Origin: Candidatus Omnitrophota bacterium
Lineage (GTDB): Bacteria; Omnitrophota; Gorgyraeia; Gygaellales; Profunditerraquicolaceae
Length of the DNA stretch: 64,000 nucleotides
Reading direction: 5' to 3'
Assembly: GCA_028716705.1 (NCBI GenBank)
Contig: JAQUPI010000001.1
Coordinates: 65,614-129,613, forward strand
Below are positions 28,384 through 37,944 of this stretch, in pieces. How positions within the stretch are numbered: the first letter of the stretch is position 1; each line of letters opens with the position of its first letter. Under the pieces are notes generated by a model. That model did not search any database and was not told the origin of the DNA. It saw only the letters and a list, made by a program, of their open reading frames with translations. A program made the translations under genes and the position numbers.

Positions 28384-28456
28384 GCTGGCGTAGCTCAGTT
28401 GGTAGAGCAGCGCTTTCGTAAAGCGCGGGTCGGAGGTTCAATTCCTCTCGCCAGCT
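28384..28456 (+). tRNA. tRNA-Thr (CGU)
   Basis: Acceptor GCTGGCG/CGCCAGC. Anticodon arm GCGCT-TTCGTAA-AGCGC gives CGT. T-arm GGAGG-TTCAATT-CCTCT. Confidence 0.85.
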
Positions 28457-28604
28457 TTTAAGAACCGACGAACCGAAGGGGGTGTGGGGGAAAAGTGATG
28501 TCCCCCACGCCTGGGGGAGAACAGCGTAATTATTTATAGTTAACATATGGCTAGCGTTAGGAGGGGGCTTGCCCCCTCCTAAGGAGCGAGCGAAAAGCGA
28601 GCGA

Positions 28605-28637
28605 CGGGTCGGAGGTTCAATTCCTCTCGCCAGCTTT
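28605..28637 (+). repeat. 33-bp exact direct repeat of the tRNA-Thr 3' end (T-arm + 3' acceptor strand); first copy is 28426-28458
   Basis: cgggtcggaggttcaattcctctcgccagcttt occurs twice, 147 bp apart. The spacer holds two GC-rich hairpins (gtgggggaaaagtgatgtcccccac and ttaggagggggcttgccccctcctaa). Confidence 0.8.
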
Positions 28638-28660
28638 AAACCGCTAAAAACACAGTTCTT

Positions 28661-29914
28661 ATGTCCAAGTTTACCGGCGTATTAAGGAATCGTAACTTTT
28701 TCTTCTTGTGGCTTGGCCAGATAATCTCGCAGATGGGCGACAGGCTGGGGCAGATGGCTTTAATAGGGTTTGTCTACCTTAAAGCGCCAGGTTCCAGCTT
28801 CGAGATCGCCAAGGTCCTCTCGTTCACCATCATACCGGTATTTTTGATCGGCCCCCTTGCGGGGGTATATGTGGACAGATGGGACAGGCGGCGGACAATG
28901 TATGCCTGCGATCTCTTAAGGGCGGCCCTGGTTTCGATCATCCCGCTATTCTTATTCTATACCAAAAATATGACCCCCATATACTTGATAATCTTTGTGG
29001 TATTTTGCCTTGGCCGGTTTTTTGTTCCGGCGAAATTATCCATTATCCCGGACCTAGTGGAAAAAAAAGACCTGCTTATCGCTAACTCCCTGGTGAATAT
29101 TACCGGTATGATCGCCGCGATCATCGGTTTCGGCATAAGCGGCGTACTGGTGGAATGGATCGGGCCAAAAAGCGGATTTTACCTGAATGCCCTGACTTTT
29201 CTGGTTTCCGCCCTTTTTATTTTCCTTATCGCCAAGGGAAACGGGCACTTTATGGATTTCAAAAAGGTGGGCCAGGAAATCGTGGAGGTGATCAAAAAAT
29301 CGCTGTTTCAGGAGATTAAGGAAGGTATTTTATATTTTATTAAGAATAAGGATATCCGTTTTACCGCGGGAGTTACTTTTATTCTTTGGTCCGCCCTGGG
29401 TTCGATATACGTGGTGCTCATAGTATTCGTTCAGAATACGCTGCATTCGGCCACGAAAGACCTTGGCCTTTTGGTGATGTTCCTGGGTACGGGGCTGTTC
29501 CTTGGTTCTTTGGTTTACGGCAGGTTCGGCCAGCGTTTATCCCATTATAAGACCATATTCGCTTCTTTGATTTTAAGCGGCATGATGCTCATCGTTTTTG
29601 CCCTGGCCATAAGGCGTTATCCTTACTTTCCGATCGCGGCGGCGCTGTCGCTTTTACTGGGGTTTGTGATTTCGCCTATTATGATCGCCTCGAATACAAT
29701 TATCCACAATGTCAGCGATAGCGAAATGAGAGGGAAGATCTTCAGCTCAATGGAGATCGTTATGCACCTGGGCTTTTTGCTATTCATGTTCATCAGCGGG
29801 CTGCTCGCGGAGAGGTTATCGCATACGTTGATCTTGGTCATTGTGGGATGTGTTTTTGGTGTACTGGGCTTGATAAATTTGATCAGCAACCGTAAGATAC
29901 CGTGGTTAAATTAA
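28661..29914 (+). CDS. MFS transporter
   Basis: 417 aa, 12-TM pattern, MFS-like N-terminal motif region. Confidence 0.7.
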   Translation: MSKFTGVLRNRNFFFLWLGQIISQMGDRLGQMALIGFVYLKAPGSSFEIAKVLSFTIIPVFLIGPLAGVYVDRWDRRRTMYACDLLRAALVSIIPLFLFYTKNMTPIYLIIFVVFCLGRFFVPAKLSIIPDLVEKKDLLIANSLVNITGMIAAIIGFGISGVLVEWIGPKSGFYLNALTFLVSALFIFLIAKGNGHFMDFKKVGQEIVEVIKKSLFQEIKEGILYFIKNKDIRFTAGVTFILWSALGSIYVVLIVFVQNTLHSATKDLGLLVMFLGTGLFLGSLVYGRFGQRLSHYKTIFASLILSGMMLIVFALAIRRYPYFPIAAALSLLLGFVISPIMIASNTIIHNVSDSEMRGKIFSSMEIVMHLGFLLFMFISGLLAERLSHTLILVIVGCVFGVLGLINLISNRKIPWLN

Positions 29915-31221
29915 GAGAACACAAAAAAGAAACTGAAAATAAGGCCATAGAGAAGCTTGCAGCGCCCGCTAAGGTGTATATCCCGTTAAGCCAGCATATA
30001 GGCAAGCCCTGTGAACCTCTTGTCAAAGCGGGGGATTATGTTCATCTCGGGCAAAAGATCGCGGCCGCGCAAGCCAATGTCTATTCCCCTATTCATTCCT
30101 CGGTATCCGGCAAAGTCGCGGGGATACAGGATTGGCCTCATCCGGTTTTGGGCCGCTGCAGGGCAATAGTGATCGAAAACGATGGTTTGGACAAATTACC
30201 CGGCTCCCAGGCATGCCGGCCATCGGAAGAAATAAATAGTTTGGGCCCCGATAAAGTCCGCGACGCTGTATTAGAAGCCGGCATAGTGGGGATGGGCGGG
30301 GCGAGCTTTCCGTCGCATATAAAACTCAACCCTCCTAAGCCTGTCGATACCTTGATCGTTAACGGCGCGGAATGCGAACCATATTTGACCGGCGATTACC
30401 GCCTGATGGTAGAAAGAACAGAGGAGATCTTAAAAGGGATCGAGCTTATCGCGAAGTGTTTGGGTGTTAAAAATGTAATCATAGGGATTGAAGACAACAA
30501 GCCGGAAGCAATAGAAATCTTTAGTCGCAAGTCGCAAGTCACTGGCCCGATGGCCATGGTTTGTTTTCCGACGGGCAAAGCCGCAAGTTACAAGATAAAG
30601 GTTTTAAAGTCCCAATATCCGCAGGGAGGGGAAAAGCAGCTCATTTTGAATGTGCTGGGAAAAGAAGTCCCTTCCGGAAAACTCCCCTTTGAGATAGGGG
30701 TGGTCGTGCATAATGTCTCAACCGTATTCGCCATATACGAAGCGGTGTACTGCGGCAAGCCTTTATATGAACGGGTGGTGACGGTGGCCGGCAGCTGCGT
30801 ATCCAATCCCGGGAACTTTTTGGCGCGTATAGGAACGCCCTTCAAAGATTTGATCGATCCCCGCGGATTAAAAGAGGAGCCGGCTAAGATAATCGTAGGC
30901 GGGCCGATGATGGGGATCGCTCAATTCGACGATAAAACGCCGGTGATCAAGTCCACAACGGGTATATTGTTATACAGCAAAAAAGAGGCCCTGCTTAACG
31001 AGGAGCTGGCCTGTATCCGCTGCGGCGCCTGCGTCAGGGAGTGCCCGGCGTTCCTTATGCCTACTCTTATCAGCCTGGCTTCCAAAAAAGGCCTCTGGCC
31101 GCAGGCTAAAGTTTACGGCGCTTCTGACTGTATTGAATGCGGGATATGCAGTTACGTGTGCCCCTCAAACATCAGGCTGGTTCAGCACATAAAGAGGGCG
31201 AAGCTGGAGGTGGCGAGATGA
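29902..31221 (+). CDS. rnfC: Rnf electron transport complex subunit C
   Basis: …GMGGASFPSHIKL… NADH/FMN-site motif, two C-terminal 4Fe-4S motifs (CIRCGACVRECP, CIECGICSYVCP), NqrA-like N-terminus. Confidence 0.85.
   Translation: MVKLREHKKETENKAIEKLAAPAKVYIPLSQHIGKPCEPLVKAGDYVHLGQKIAAAQANVYSPIHSSVSGKVAGIQDWPHPVLGRCRAIVIENDGLDKLPGSQACRPSEEINSLGPDKVRDAVLEAGIVGMGGASFPSHIKLNPPKPVDTLIVNGAECEPYLTGDYRLMVERTEEILKGIELIAKCLGVKNVIIGIEDNKPEAIEIFSRKSQVTGPMAMVCFPTGKAASYKIKVLKSQYPQGGEKQLILNVLGKEVPSGKLPFEIGVVVHNVSTVFAIYEAVYCGKPLYERVVTVAGSCVSNPGNFLARIGTPFKDLIDPRGLKEEPAKIIVGGPMMGIAQFDDKTPVIKSTTGILLYSKKEALLNEELACIRCGACVRECPAFLMPTLISLASKKGLWPQAKVYGASDCIECGICSYVCPSNIRLVQHIKRAKLEVAR
30524..30543 (+). repeat. Heptanucleotide tandem repeat (GTCGCAA)2-GTCAC inside rnfC, in frame (encodes SRKSQVTG)
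   Basis: agtcgcaagtcgcaagtcact read directly. The same motif family occurs in purD at 51630-51664. Confidence 0.6.
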
Positions 31222-31742
31222 AAGAAACCCTGCGTTATGGCTTTATCCTTGGAACTATCTGTATCGTCGCGGGCGGCCTTTTGGCAGGGATAAATTTCCT
31301 GACAAAACCCCGGATTATCGCCCAGGCGCAGGCAGAAGAGGAGAGCGCCTTGAAAGAAGTCATGCCCGAGGGCGAAAGTTTTGAGCCGGCGAAAAAAGAG
31401 AACGGGGTTATTTACTATAGGGTGCGCGATAAAGAGGGCAAGTATATTGGAGCCGCCTTCAAGGCTTCCGGAAAGGGGTATTCCAGCGCAGTGGATACGC
31501 TTGCCGGGATGTCCCCGGACGGCCAGATAATAGCGGTTAAAGTGTTAAGCCAGAACGAAACTCCGGGCCTGGGAGCGAATGTAGTCGAGCCTCCTTTTAC
31601 CGGGCAGTTCGCGGGCAAGAACATACAAGACCTGGAAGGTGTTCAGGCGATTACCGGCGCGACTATTTCTTCAAAGGCGGTTATAGATTCAGTCCGTGAA
31701 AAGGGGAAAGAAATTTTTGAGTTGATAAAAGATGAAAAATAA
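31218..31742 (+). CDS. rnfG: Rnf complex subunit G (FMN-binding)
   Basis: ATGA overlap with the rnfC stop. N-terminal TM. …ETPGLGAN… and …AITGATISSKAV… FMN-binding motif. Confidence 0.8.
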   Translation: MKETLRYGFILGTICIVAGGLLAGINFLTKPRIIAQAQAEEESALKEVMPEGESFEPAKKENGVIYYRVRDKEGKYIGAAFKASGKGYSSAVDTLAGMSPDGQIIAVKVLSQNETPGLGANVVEPPFTGQFAGKNIQDLEGVQAITGATISSKAVIDSVREKGKEIFELIKDEK

Positions 31743-32691
31743 GCTGACCGTAAATATATCCCCGCATCTGCATAATAACGAATCGGTAAGCAAGATCATG
31801 TGGATAGTGGGCATAAGCCTGATCCCTGCCGGCGCCGCCGGAGTCATTATTTTCGGATTAAACGCCCTGACCGTTATGATCCTGGGGATCTTGTCGGCAT
31901 TGGTTACGGAATGGCTTATGCAGTTGTTGGCTAAAAGAAGGATCACTATATTGGATGGAAGCGCGTTCCTTACCGGCCTTTTACTGGCTTATAATCTGCC
32001 TCCGGGGGTTCCCTTATGGCTTCCGGCGGCGGGTTCTTTCTTCGCCATCGCCATAGGTAAGCAAGTATTCGGCGGGTTGGGTCAAAATATATTTAATCCG
32101 GCGCTGGTGGGCAGGGTGTTCCTTATGGCCTCCTGGCCAAAATATATGACCACTTTTACTAAGCCCTTAAATTTCGACGCCGTAACCTCCGCTACCCCGC
32201 TTGCCGTTTTAAGGGAATCGGGGGTAATAGAAAATATCTCTTATCTGGACCTATTTCTTGGCAGAAGAGGGGGCTGCATCGGGGAAGTGTGCATATTGGC
32301 GCTGGTCGCGGGGGCTTTGTTTCTTTTCTGGAAGGGTTATATTTCGTGGCACATACCCGTAACTTATACCGCTGTGTTCGCGGCATTTGTCTATGCATTC
32401 GGCGGGGACGGCTTGTTCCGGGGGGATTGGTTCTTTCATATTCTAACCGGCGGGCTTATCCTCGGAGCTTTCTTTATGGCTACTGATTACGTTACCTCTC
32501 CGCTTACCAGGAAAGGGCAGGTCATTTTTGGCGCCGGATGCGGGATACTCACCGCGGTGATACGGCTTTGGGGCGGATATCCCGAAGGAGTATCTTACGC
32601 GATACTGATGATGAACGCGGCTACGCCGATAATCGACCGGTTTACCAGGAACAGGATCTACGGGACCATGATCCCGGTAAATAGAAAATAA
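31732..32691 (+). CDS. rnfD: Rnf complex subunit D
   Basis: ISPHLH N-terminus, …SAFLTGLLLA…GGLGQNIFNPA…, C-terminal GGYPEGVSYAILMMN…PIIDRFTR. Compares closely to E. coli RsxD. Confidence 0.85.
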   Translation: MKNKLTVNISPHLHNNESVSKIMWIVGISLIPAGAAGVIIFGLNALTVMILGILSALVTEWLMQLLAKRRITILDGSAFLTGLLLAYNLPPGVPLWLPAAGSFFAIAIGKQVFGGLGQNIFNPALVGRVFLMASWPKYMTTFTKPLNFDAVTSATPLAVLRESGVIENISYLDLFLGRRGGCIGEVCILALVAGALFLFWKGYISWHIPVTYTAVFAAFVYAFGGDGLFRGDWFFHILTGGLILGAFFMATDYVTSPLTRKGQVIFGAGCGILTAVIRLWGGYPEGVSYAILMMNAATPIIDRFTRNRIYGTMIPVNRK

Positions 32692-33284
32692 TGAAAAAAT
32701 TATTCAGGGAGTTTTTTAAAGGCGTTATCAAAGAAAACCCGACATTTGTCCTTGCCCTGGGATTATGCCCGACGCTGGCAGTCTCCACGTCTGTAGTTAA
32801 CGCGGTAGGCATGGGCGCCGCCGCGACATTTGTCCTTATGGGTTCCAACGCGATGGTCGCCATGATCAAGAATAATATACCGGCTAAAATACGCATCCCG
32901 TGCTTTATCGTTGTCATAGCGACCTTTGTGACCATTGTCGAGATGGTTCTTAAAGCGTATACCCCGGGATTAAACCGCGCCTTAGGCATATACGTGCCTT
33001 TAATAGCGGTAAACTGTATTGTCCTGGGCCGGGCCGAGGCGTACGCCTCAAAGAATACGCTAATGAATTCTTTATTCGATGGCCTGGGCATGGGAGCGGG
33101 GTTTACCTTAGCCTTAACTTTAATTTCAAGTATAAGGGAATATTTTGGCTCGGGCAAGATATTCGGTTACGCGCTATCTCACAAATTCGAGCCGGTTTCT
33201 ATATTCGGCATGCCTTCGGGGGCGTTATTGGTCATCGGAATATTGCTCATATTATTTAATAGATTAAAGGGGAGAAAAAGTTGA
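32691..33284 (+). CDS. rnfE: Rnf complex subunit E
   Basis: …NPTFVLALGLCPTLAVSTSVVNAVGMGAA… is the RnfE/NqrD signature. Confidence 0.85.
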   Translation: MKKLFREFFKGVIKENPTFVLALGLCPTLAVSTSVVNAVGMGAAATFVLMGSNAMVAMIKNNIPAKIRIPCFIVVIATFVTIVEMVLKAYTPGLNRALGIYVPLIAVNCIVLGRAEAYASKNTLMNSLFDGLGMGAGFTLALTLISSIREYFGSGKIFGYALSHKFEPVSIFGMPSGALLVIGILLILFNRLKGRKS

Positions 33285-33889
33285 ACGCCGGCCAATTTTT
33301 GACCATTTTTATTTCATCGGTATTTATTTACAACGTGATCCTATCCCGTTTCCTGGGCCTCTGCCCTTTTATGGCAATATCAAAAGAAACAAAGCCGGCG
33401 CTGGCGATGAGCCTGGCCGTAACATTCGTGATCACCGCCTCTTCCATGATCACCTGGCTTATTTACAGGTTCCTGCTCCTTCCTTTTGGGCTCGCGTACC
33501 TGCGCACGGTGTCTTTTATCCTGGTAATCGCGGCCTTTGTCCAATTCGTGGAGTTGGTTATCCGTAAGGTAAGCCCGGCATTATTCAGGTTCTTTGGCAT
33601 ATACCTGACACTTATTACTACCAATTGCGCCGTATTAGGCGTTGCGGTACTGAACATAGACATGTTTTTCGCGGACGGCAGAGCGGTCGCGGGGAGCTTC
33701 TATTATTCAATATTCCAGGGAATCTGCACAGGCTTAGGGTTCAGCCTGGCGATGCTTCTTATGTCCGGGATCAGGGAAAGATTGGATTTGTGCGATGTGC
33801 CAAAGACAGTAAAAGAAATTCCGCTGGCATTTATCATCGCCTCTATCATGAGCCTCAGCTTCCTGGGTTTTAACGGTTTTAAGTTTTAA
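33281..33889 (+). CDS. rnfA: Rnf complex subunit A
   Basis: …NVILSRFLGLCPFMAIS… is the RnfA/NqrE signature. About 6 TM. Confidence 0.85.
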   Translation: MNAGQFLTIFISSVFIYNVILSRFLGLCPFMAISKETKPALAMSLAVTFVITASSMITWLIYRFLLLPFGLAYLRTVSFILVIAAFVQFVELVIRKVSPALFRFFGIYLTLITTNCAVLGVAVLNIDMFFADGRAVAGSFYYSIFQGICTGLGFSLAMLLMSGIRERLDLCDVPKTVKEIPLAFIIASIMSLSFLGFNGFKF

Positions 33890-33892
33890 TAT

Positions 33893-34690
33893 ATGGAGAT
33901 ACTCATACCGGTTTTGATTTTAGGTGTCCTGGGGTTTTTATTCGGCGTGGGATTGTCCATTGCCTCCAGGAAATTCGCCGTGAAAACCGACCACCGTTTG
34001 GAAACTATTGTCGGGCTTCTGCCCGGGGCGAACTGCGGGGCCTGCGGCGGCGCGGGGTGCTTTGGTTTCGCGGAGGCCATATTGAGCGGAAAAATGAGCG
34101 TGGATGCCTGCAAGGTCGCTGAAGAGAAGGTAAAAGAGAAGATAGCCGAAGTCCTGGGCGAGAAACTGGAAAAGAAAGTAAAATTGGTGGCGACCTTTCA
34201 CTGCGGAGGGGGAAATAAAGCCAAGGATAAATTTTTATACAAGGGTGAGGCGGATTGCGTGGAAGCGAATTTGCTCTTCGCGGGACAGAAATCGTGTTTT
34301 TACGGTTGCCTGGGGTTTGGTAATTGCGTAAAGGCCTGCCCCTTCGGCGCGATAAAGATGTCGGATGAAGGGATCCCGGTCGTGGACGAAGCCAAATGCA
34401 AGGGGTGCAATAAATGCGTTTTGATCTGCCCCAAGAAGTTATTCACCCTCAGGCCTGTAACTCATAAGATCCATGTTGCCTGCGCTTCCCATGACCTAGG
34501 CAGAGAAGCTGCCGCGGCGTGCCCGGCCGGTTGCATCGCCTGCCGTAAATGCGAACAGATTTGCCCGGCAGACGCGATAAAATTAATTAATAACTTAGCG
34601 GTCATCGATTATAAGAAATGCACATCCTGCGGGAAATGCGTGGAAGCATGCCCCAGAAAGTGCATAAAAAAGGTCTCCGATAAAGGATAG
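33893..34690 (+). CDS. rnfB: Rnf complex subunit B (polyferredoxin)
   Basis: N-terminal TM, CGACGGAGCFGFAEA Fe-S motif, then multiple CxxCxxCxxxCP ferredoxin motifs. Confidence 0.85.
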   Translation: MEILIPVLILGVLGFLFGVGLSIASRKFAVKTDHRLETIVGLLPGANCGACGGAGCFGFAEAILSGKMSVDACKVAEEKVKEKIAEVLGEKLEKKVKLVATFHCGGGNKAKDKFLYKGEADCVEANLLFAGQKSCFYGCLGFGNCVKACPFGAIKMSDEGIPVVDEAKCKGCNKCVLICPKKLFTLRPVTHKIHVACASHDLGREAAAACPAGCIACRKCEQICPADAIKLINNLAVIDYKKCTSCGKCVEACPRKCIKKVSDKG

Positions 34691-34694
34691 AAAA

Positions 34695-35297
34695 ATGACG
34701 AATATCGCTGTTTTTGCTTCAGGCCGGGGAACGAATCTCAGCGCGATCATAAAGGCGGTTAAAAAGGGGAAAATCCAGGCTAATCTGTCTTTACTCGTTT
34801 GCGATCAGCCGGGCGCCGGTGCGGTTGGCCGGGCAAAAAGGGCCGGCGTAAAGACCGCGCTGGTCAAAAGGCAGGATTTCCACGGGAAGAAAGAATTCGA
34901 AGATAAGATCATTGAGTATCTAGAAGAAAGCAAGATAGATTTGATCGTTATGGCCGGGTTCATGCGGATATTGAGCCCCGGTTTTGTCGAAAAGTATTCC
35001 GGCCGCATCCTGAACATACATCCGGCGCTTTTGCCGGCATTTAAAGGCTCTCACGCGATAAAAGACGCCTTCGAATACGGGGTAAAAGTTACCGGGGCCA
35101 CCGTGCATTTTGTGGATGAAAAGATGGACCACGGCCCTATAATCCTGCAGAAGGCAGTGGTTATCGAAGGAAACGACAGCCTTGGATCACTGGAAAATAA
35201 GATCCATAAGGCCGAGCACCGGCTTTACCCCGAAGCCATCAGGTTATTCTGCGAAGGAAAACTGAAGCTGGAGGGAAGAAGTGTGAAGGTTCTTTAA
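34695..35297 (+). CDS. purN: Phosphoribosylglycinamide formyltransferase
   Basis: MTNIAVFASGRGTNLSAII… and …ILNIHPALLPAFKG… (PurN active-site region). Confidence 0.85.
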   Translation: MTNIAVFASGRGTNLSAIIKAVKKGKIQANLSLLVCDQPGAGAVGRAKRAGVKTALVKRQDFHGKKEFEDKIIEYLEESKIDLIVMAGFMRILSPGFVEKYSGRILNIHPALLPAFKGSHAIKDAFEYGVKVTGATVHFVDEKMDHGPIILQKAVVIEGNDSLGSLENKIHKAEHRLYPEAIRLFCEGKLKLEGRSVKVL

Positions 35298-36169
35298 TAC
35301 GCGGGCAGGGGCCTGGAATATAGCGTCGCCTTGTCCAGGATCATTCTATCCCCCGTAAGCAGGTCATTTATCTCCACGCGCGAAAAATCCCGGAAATCAT
35401 AAGCCTTTACGCAGTAATTTACAATATTCAAGAATTCCTTCATGATGTCAAAGGGCTTCGCGGGTTCCAGGGATTTGGCGGAATACTCCAGGATAAAAGC
35501 CCCGTCATTGAATATGCCGTCAATTTTCTCGATCTTGAAATTATTCTTCAGCTCCTCCGCCTGAAGCTTTACGGTGAGCCTTTGGACCATCTGCTGGGTG
35601 AGGAAATCCGGCAGGGTAATGTTATAGAATTTCAGGTGCGATCCGGACGCATCCTTTATTGCCTGCGTATTTAAGCCGAATTTCATCACGTACCTTTTGT
35701 TGAGCTCCGTGGAAGGCATGTCCCCGCCATAAGACTTCTTTATATCCATTACATTTCCCATAATAATATAATCCAGCCCGATATTTATATCCGAAGACCA
35801 GAGCGCGAAGAATTCAGGCGCTTTATCCGCGCTCAGAAGGACCCGGCCGACGGTGGTAAGTATGTTCCGCAATTTATCGGTCATCTCCTCATCCAGTACC
35901 TTGCCTTCGGTGACCCCGTATTCTTTATGTAATATTTTTTGCAGAGGTATGTATATCCAAATGGTGGTATCGGTCATGCGGGCAAGCACATCGAGGCCAT
36001 ACTCCTCTTTACATATCTGTTTAACATGATAAGGGATATCTTCTCCCTTGAAGGTTGGTTCAAAGGATTCCTGGCAACCGGATAAAGTTAGGAGAAGGAG
36101 GAGGCTAAATAACGGCAGGGCGGCTTTTACCAAATTCTTTGAAAATAGCTTCGATCTCATCATAATCAA
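35294..36169 (-). CDS. Lipoprotein of unknown function
   Basis: Signal peptide with lipobox LSGC, 291 aa. 5' end overlaps the ftsH-like 3' end by ~65 nt. Confidence 0.5.
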   Translation of the reverse strand: MIMMRSKLFSKNLVKAALPLFSLLLLLTLSGCQESFEPTFKGEDIPYHVKQICKEEYGLDVLARMTDTTIWIYIPLQKILHKEYGVTEGKVLDEEMTDKLRNILTTVGRVLLSADKAPEFFALWSSDINIGLDYIIMGNVMDIKKSYGGDMPSTELNKRYVMKFGLNTQAIKDASGSHLKFYNITLPDFLTQQMVQRLTVKLQAEELKNNFKIEKIDGIFNDGAFILEYSAKSLEPAKPFDIMKEFLNIVNYCVKAYDFRDFSRVEINDLLTGDRMILDKATLYSRPLPAY

Positions 36170-37811
36170 GCTCTTCTTTCTTAAGCAGCTCTTCAGCGAA
36201 GCGGTCTAAAAGCGGGCTTTCTTTTTTTAGGAGGATTTCCACTTCCTTAAGGCAACCCTGCAGGATATCCTGTGTTTCCTGGTTCAGTTGTTCCTTTATC
36301 TTTTCGGACAAGAACGATACCTTTTCGCCGCGAAAGACCCCGTATTCCGAATGGGACGTTTCCAGGAGGGTGTAATCGCCGATAAGGCCGCTGTTCCCCA
36401 TGCCGAAACGCCAGACCATCTGGTGGGCGTACCACATTGCCTGATGGAAATCGGAAGCTACGCCTGTAGTAGTGGTGTTGAACTTCAATTTTTCAGCGAC
36501 ATAAGAACCAAGCGAAGATTTTATCTGGCCGAGCCATTCTTCCTTAGTATGCACATGCAGCTCTTCGCGCGGGTGCGGCACCACCATCCCTAAAGCTCCT
36601 CCGCGGGCGGTGATGGTAGCCTTGAATACGTCGTGAAAAGGCTGCAGGAAATATGTGGCAACGGCATGGCCCGCTTCGTGATAGGCGACTTTTTTCCTCT
36701 CACCCTCGTTAAAAATGACCTTGTGCTTTATGCCCATTTCCACCCTGTCCATCGCTTCCGTAATTTCCTTAAGGCCGATCCTTTCCTTTTTATTACGTAC
36801 CGCTATCAGGGCCGCTTCGCGCACGAGATTGGAGATATCGGCCGGGCTTTTGCGCACTGCCATGCGCGCCAGGCGCGGCAAATCCAATGAGGCGTCGTAT
36901 TTTACGTCTTTCAGATAATAAGCGAATAATTTTTCCCTTTCCTCCAGATTCGGCAAGTCAACGTAGATCTTACGGTCAAACCTGCCCGGCCTTAATAGGG
37001 CCTGGTCGAGGAAGGTTTCCGGCGCGTTCGTGGCGCCGATCAGGACAACATTATAGTCCTTTTCTTTAAGCCCGTCCATTTCCACGAGCAGCTGGTTCAA
37101 AGTGGTGTTGGATTCTGTCTGCCCGCCGAAGCCCCTGTCCGCGGCGCGCTGGGCGCCTACGGCGTCCAGCTCATCTATGAAGATGATGCATCCGCCTTCG
37201 ACATAAGCCAGCTGCCTTGCCTGTTTGAAAAGTTTACGGATGCGGCTGGCGCCGACACCGACGAACATTTCTATGAATTCTGACCCCGACATGGACAAGA
37301 AAGGCATATTCGCTTCGGTAGCTATCGCCTTTGCCAGGTAAGTCTTTCCGCAGCCGGGAGGGCCGATCATCAGTATACCCCTTAAGATCTTTCCCCCGAT
37401 AAGCTGCAGCTGGGCGCGGTCAACGACCAGGCGGACCACCTCCATCGCTTCCTGTTTTCCTTCTTCCATGCCGATGACGTCAGACCAGTGGATGCTGATC
37501 TCTTTGCCTTCTACCGCCTTTTTATGCAGGTGGGTGAATTTCATATGCCCGCCGCGCATAAGCCATATCCAGAGCGCGCCGCTTAAAGGAAGGCTTATGA
37601 CGTGCAGGACCAGGAAGATATAAAAGAAGAGTCCGTACTGGGCGAGAGCGGCTTTTTTAAAGTAGGATTCCGAAGTGGTCCACGCGGTTATGGCGTTTCT
37701 CAGGAAGAATATAAAAGAGATACCCAGTATCGTGGCTAAAAGGGCGATAGTCAGGCCCAGCCAGTGGAACTGTAGGAAAAGCTTTATTTTCCGTGTATTT
37801 TTCTTATTCAT
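36105..37811 (-). CDS. ftsH: FtsH-family ATP-dependent zinc metalloprotease paralogue with short N-terminal membrane region
   Basis: Walker A GPPGCGKT, Walker B IIFIDELD, second region of homology [21 protein letters not shown], and M41 HEAGHAV zinc motif. Confidence 0.8.
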   Translation of the reverse strand: MNKKNTRKIKLFLQFHWLGLTIALLATILGISFIFFLRNAITAWTTSESYFKKAALAQYGLFFYIFLVLHVISLPLSGALWIWLMRGGHMKFTHLHKKAVEGKEISIHWSDVIGMEEGKQEAMEVVRLVVDRAQLQLIGGKILRGILMIGPPGCGKTYLAKAIATEANMPFLSMSGSEFIEMFVGVGASRIRKLFKQARQLAYVEGGCIIFIDELDAVGAQRAADRGFGGQTESNTTLNQLLVEMDGLKEKDYNVVLIGATNAPETFLDQALLRPGRFDRKIYVDLPNLEEREKLFAYYLKDVKYDASLDLPRLARMAVRKSPADISNLVREAALIAVRNKKERIGLKEITEAMDRVEMGIKHKVIFNEGERKKVAYHEAGHAVATYFLQPFHDVFKATITARGGALGMVVPHPREELHVHTKEEWLGQIKSSLGSYVAEKLKFNTTTTGVASDFHQAMWYAHQMVWRFGMGNSGLIGDYTLLETSHSEYGVFRGEKVSFLSEKIKEQLNQETQDILQGCLKEVEILLKKESPLLDRFAEELLKKEELDYDEIEAIFKEFGKSRPAVI

Positions 37812-37877
37812 TCCAATAAAGATAACATACTTTTTTTACGGTGTCAACCTAATAACTCACCTTTTGGGCGTTTTCTG

Positions 37878-37905
37878 TTGACTTAAAATTTATTCGTGAT
37901 AAAAT
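37878..37905 (+). promoter_or_regulatory. Sigma70-like promoter upstream of eno
   Basis: TTGACT - 16 nt - TAAAAT. RBS GAGGAGG at 37935. Confidence 0.4.
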
Positions 37906-37944
37906 CTATTGGTTCAAATTCCAAATTTACATTGAGGAGGAATA

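Noticed and set aside
28457-28640. Possible tmRNA or second functional tRNA downstream of tRNA-Thr
   Set aside because: Only the T-arm and 3' acceptor half are duplicated. No D-arm or anticodon hairpin, or tag-peptide reading frame, can be formed. It is too short (~180 nt) for tmRNA.
28384-28640. Intact integrated genomic island at tRNA-Thr
   Set aside because: The direct repeats are only 147 bp apart. There is no integrase, no cargo, and housekeeping genes resume immediately. At most it is a scar or mini-element.
36105-36169. 65-nt overlap between the 3' end of the ftsH paralogue and the 5' end of the downstream lipoprotein gene as a sign of a frameshift or pseudogene
   Set aside because: Both reading frames are intact with complete domain sets (AAA+M41; signal peptide + lipobox). 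Overlaps of this size occur in compact genomes, so I kept both genes.
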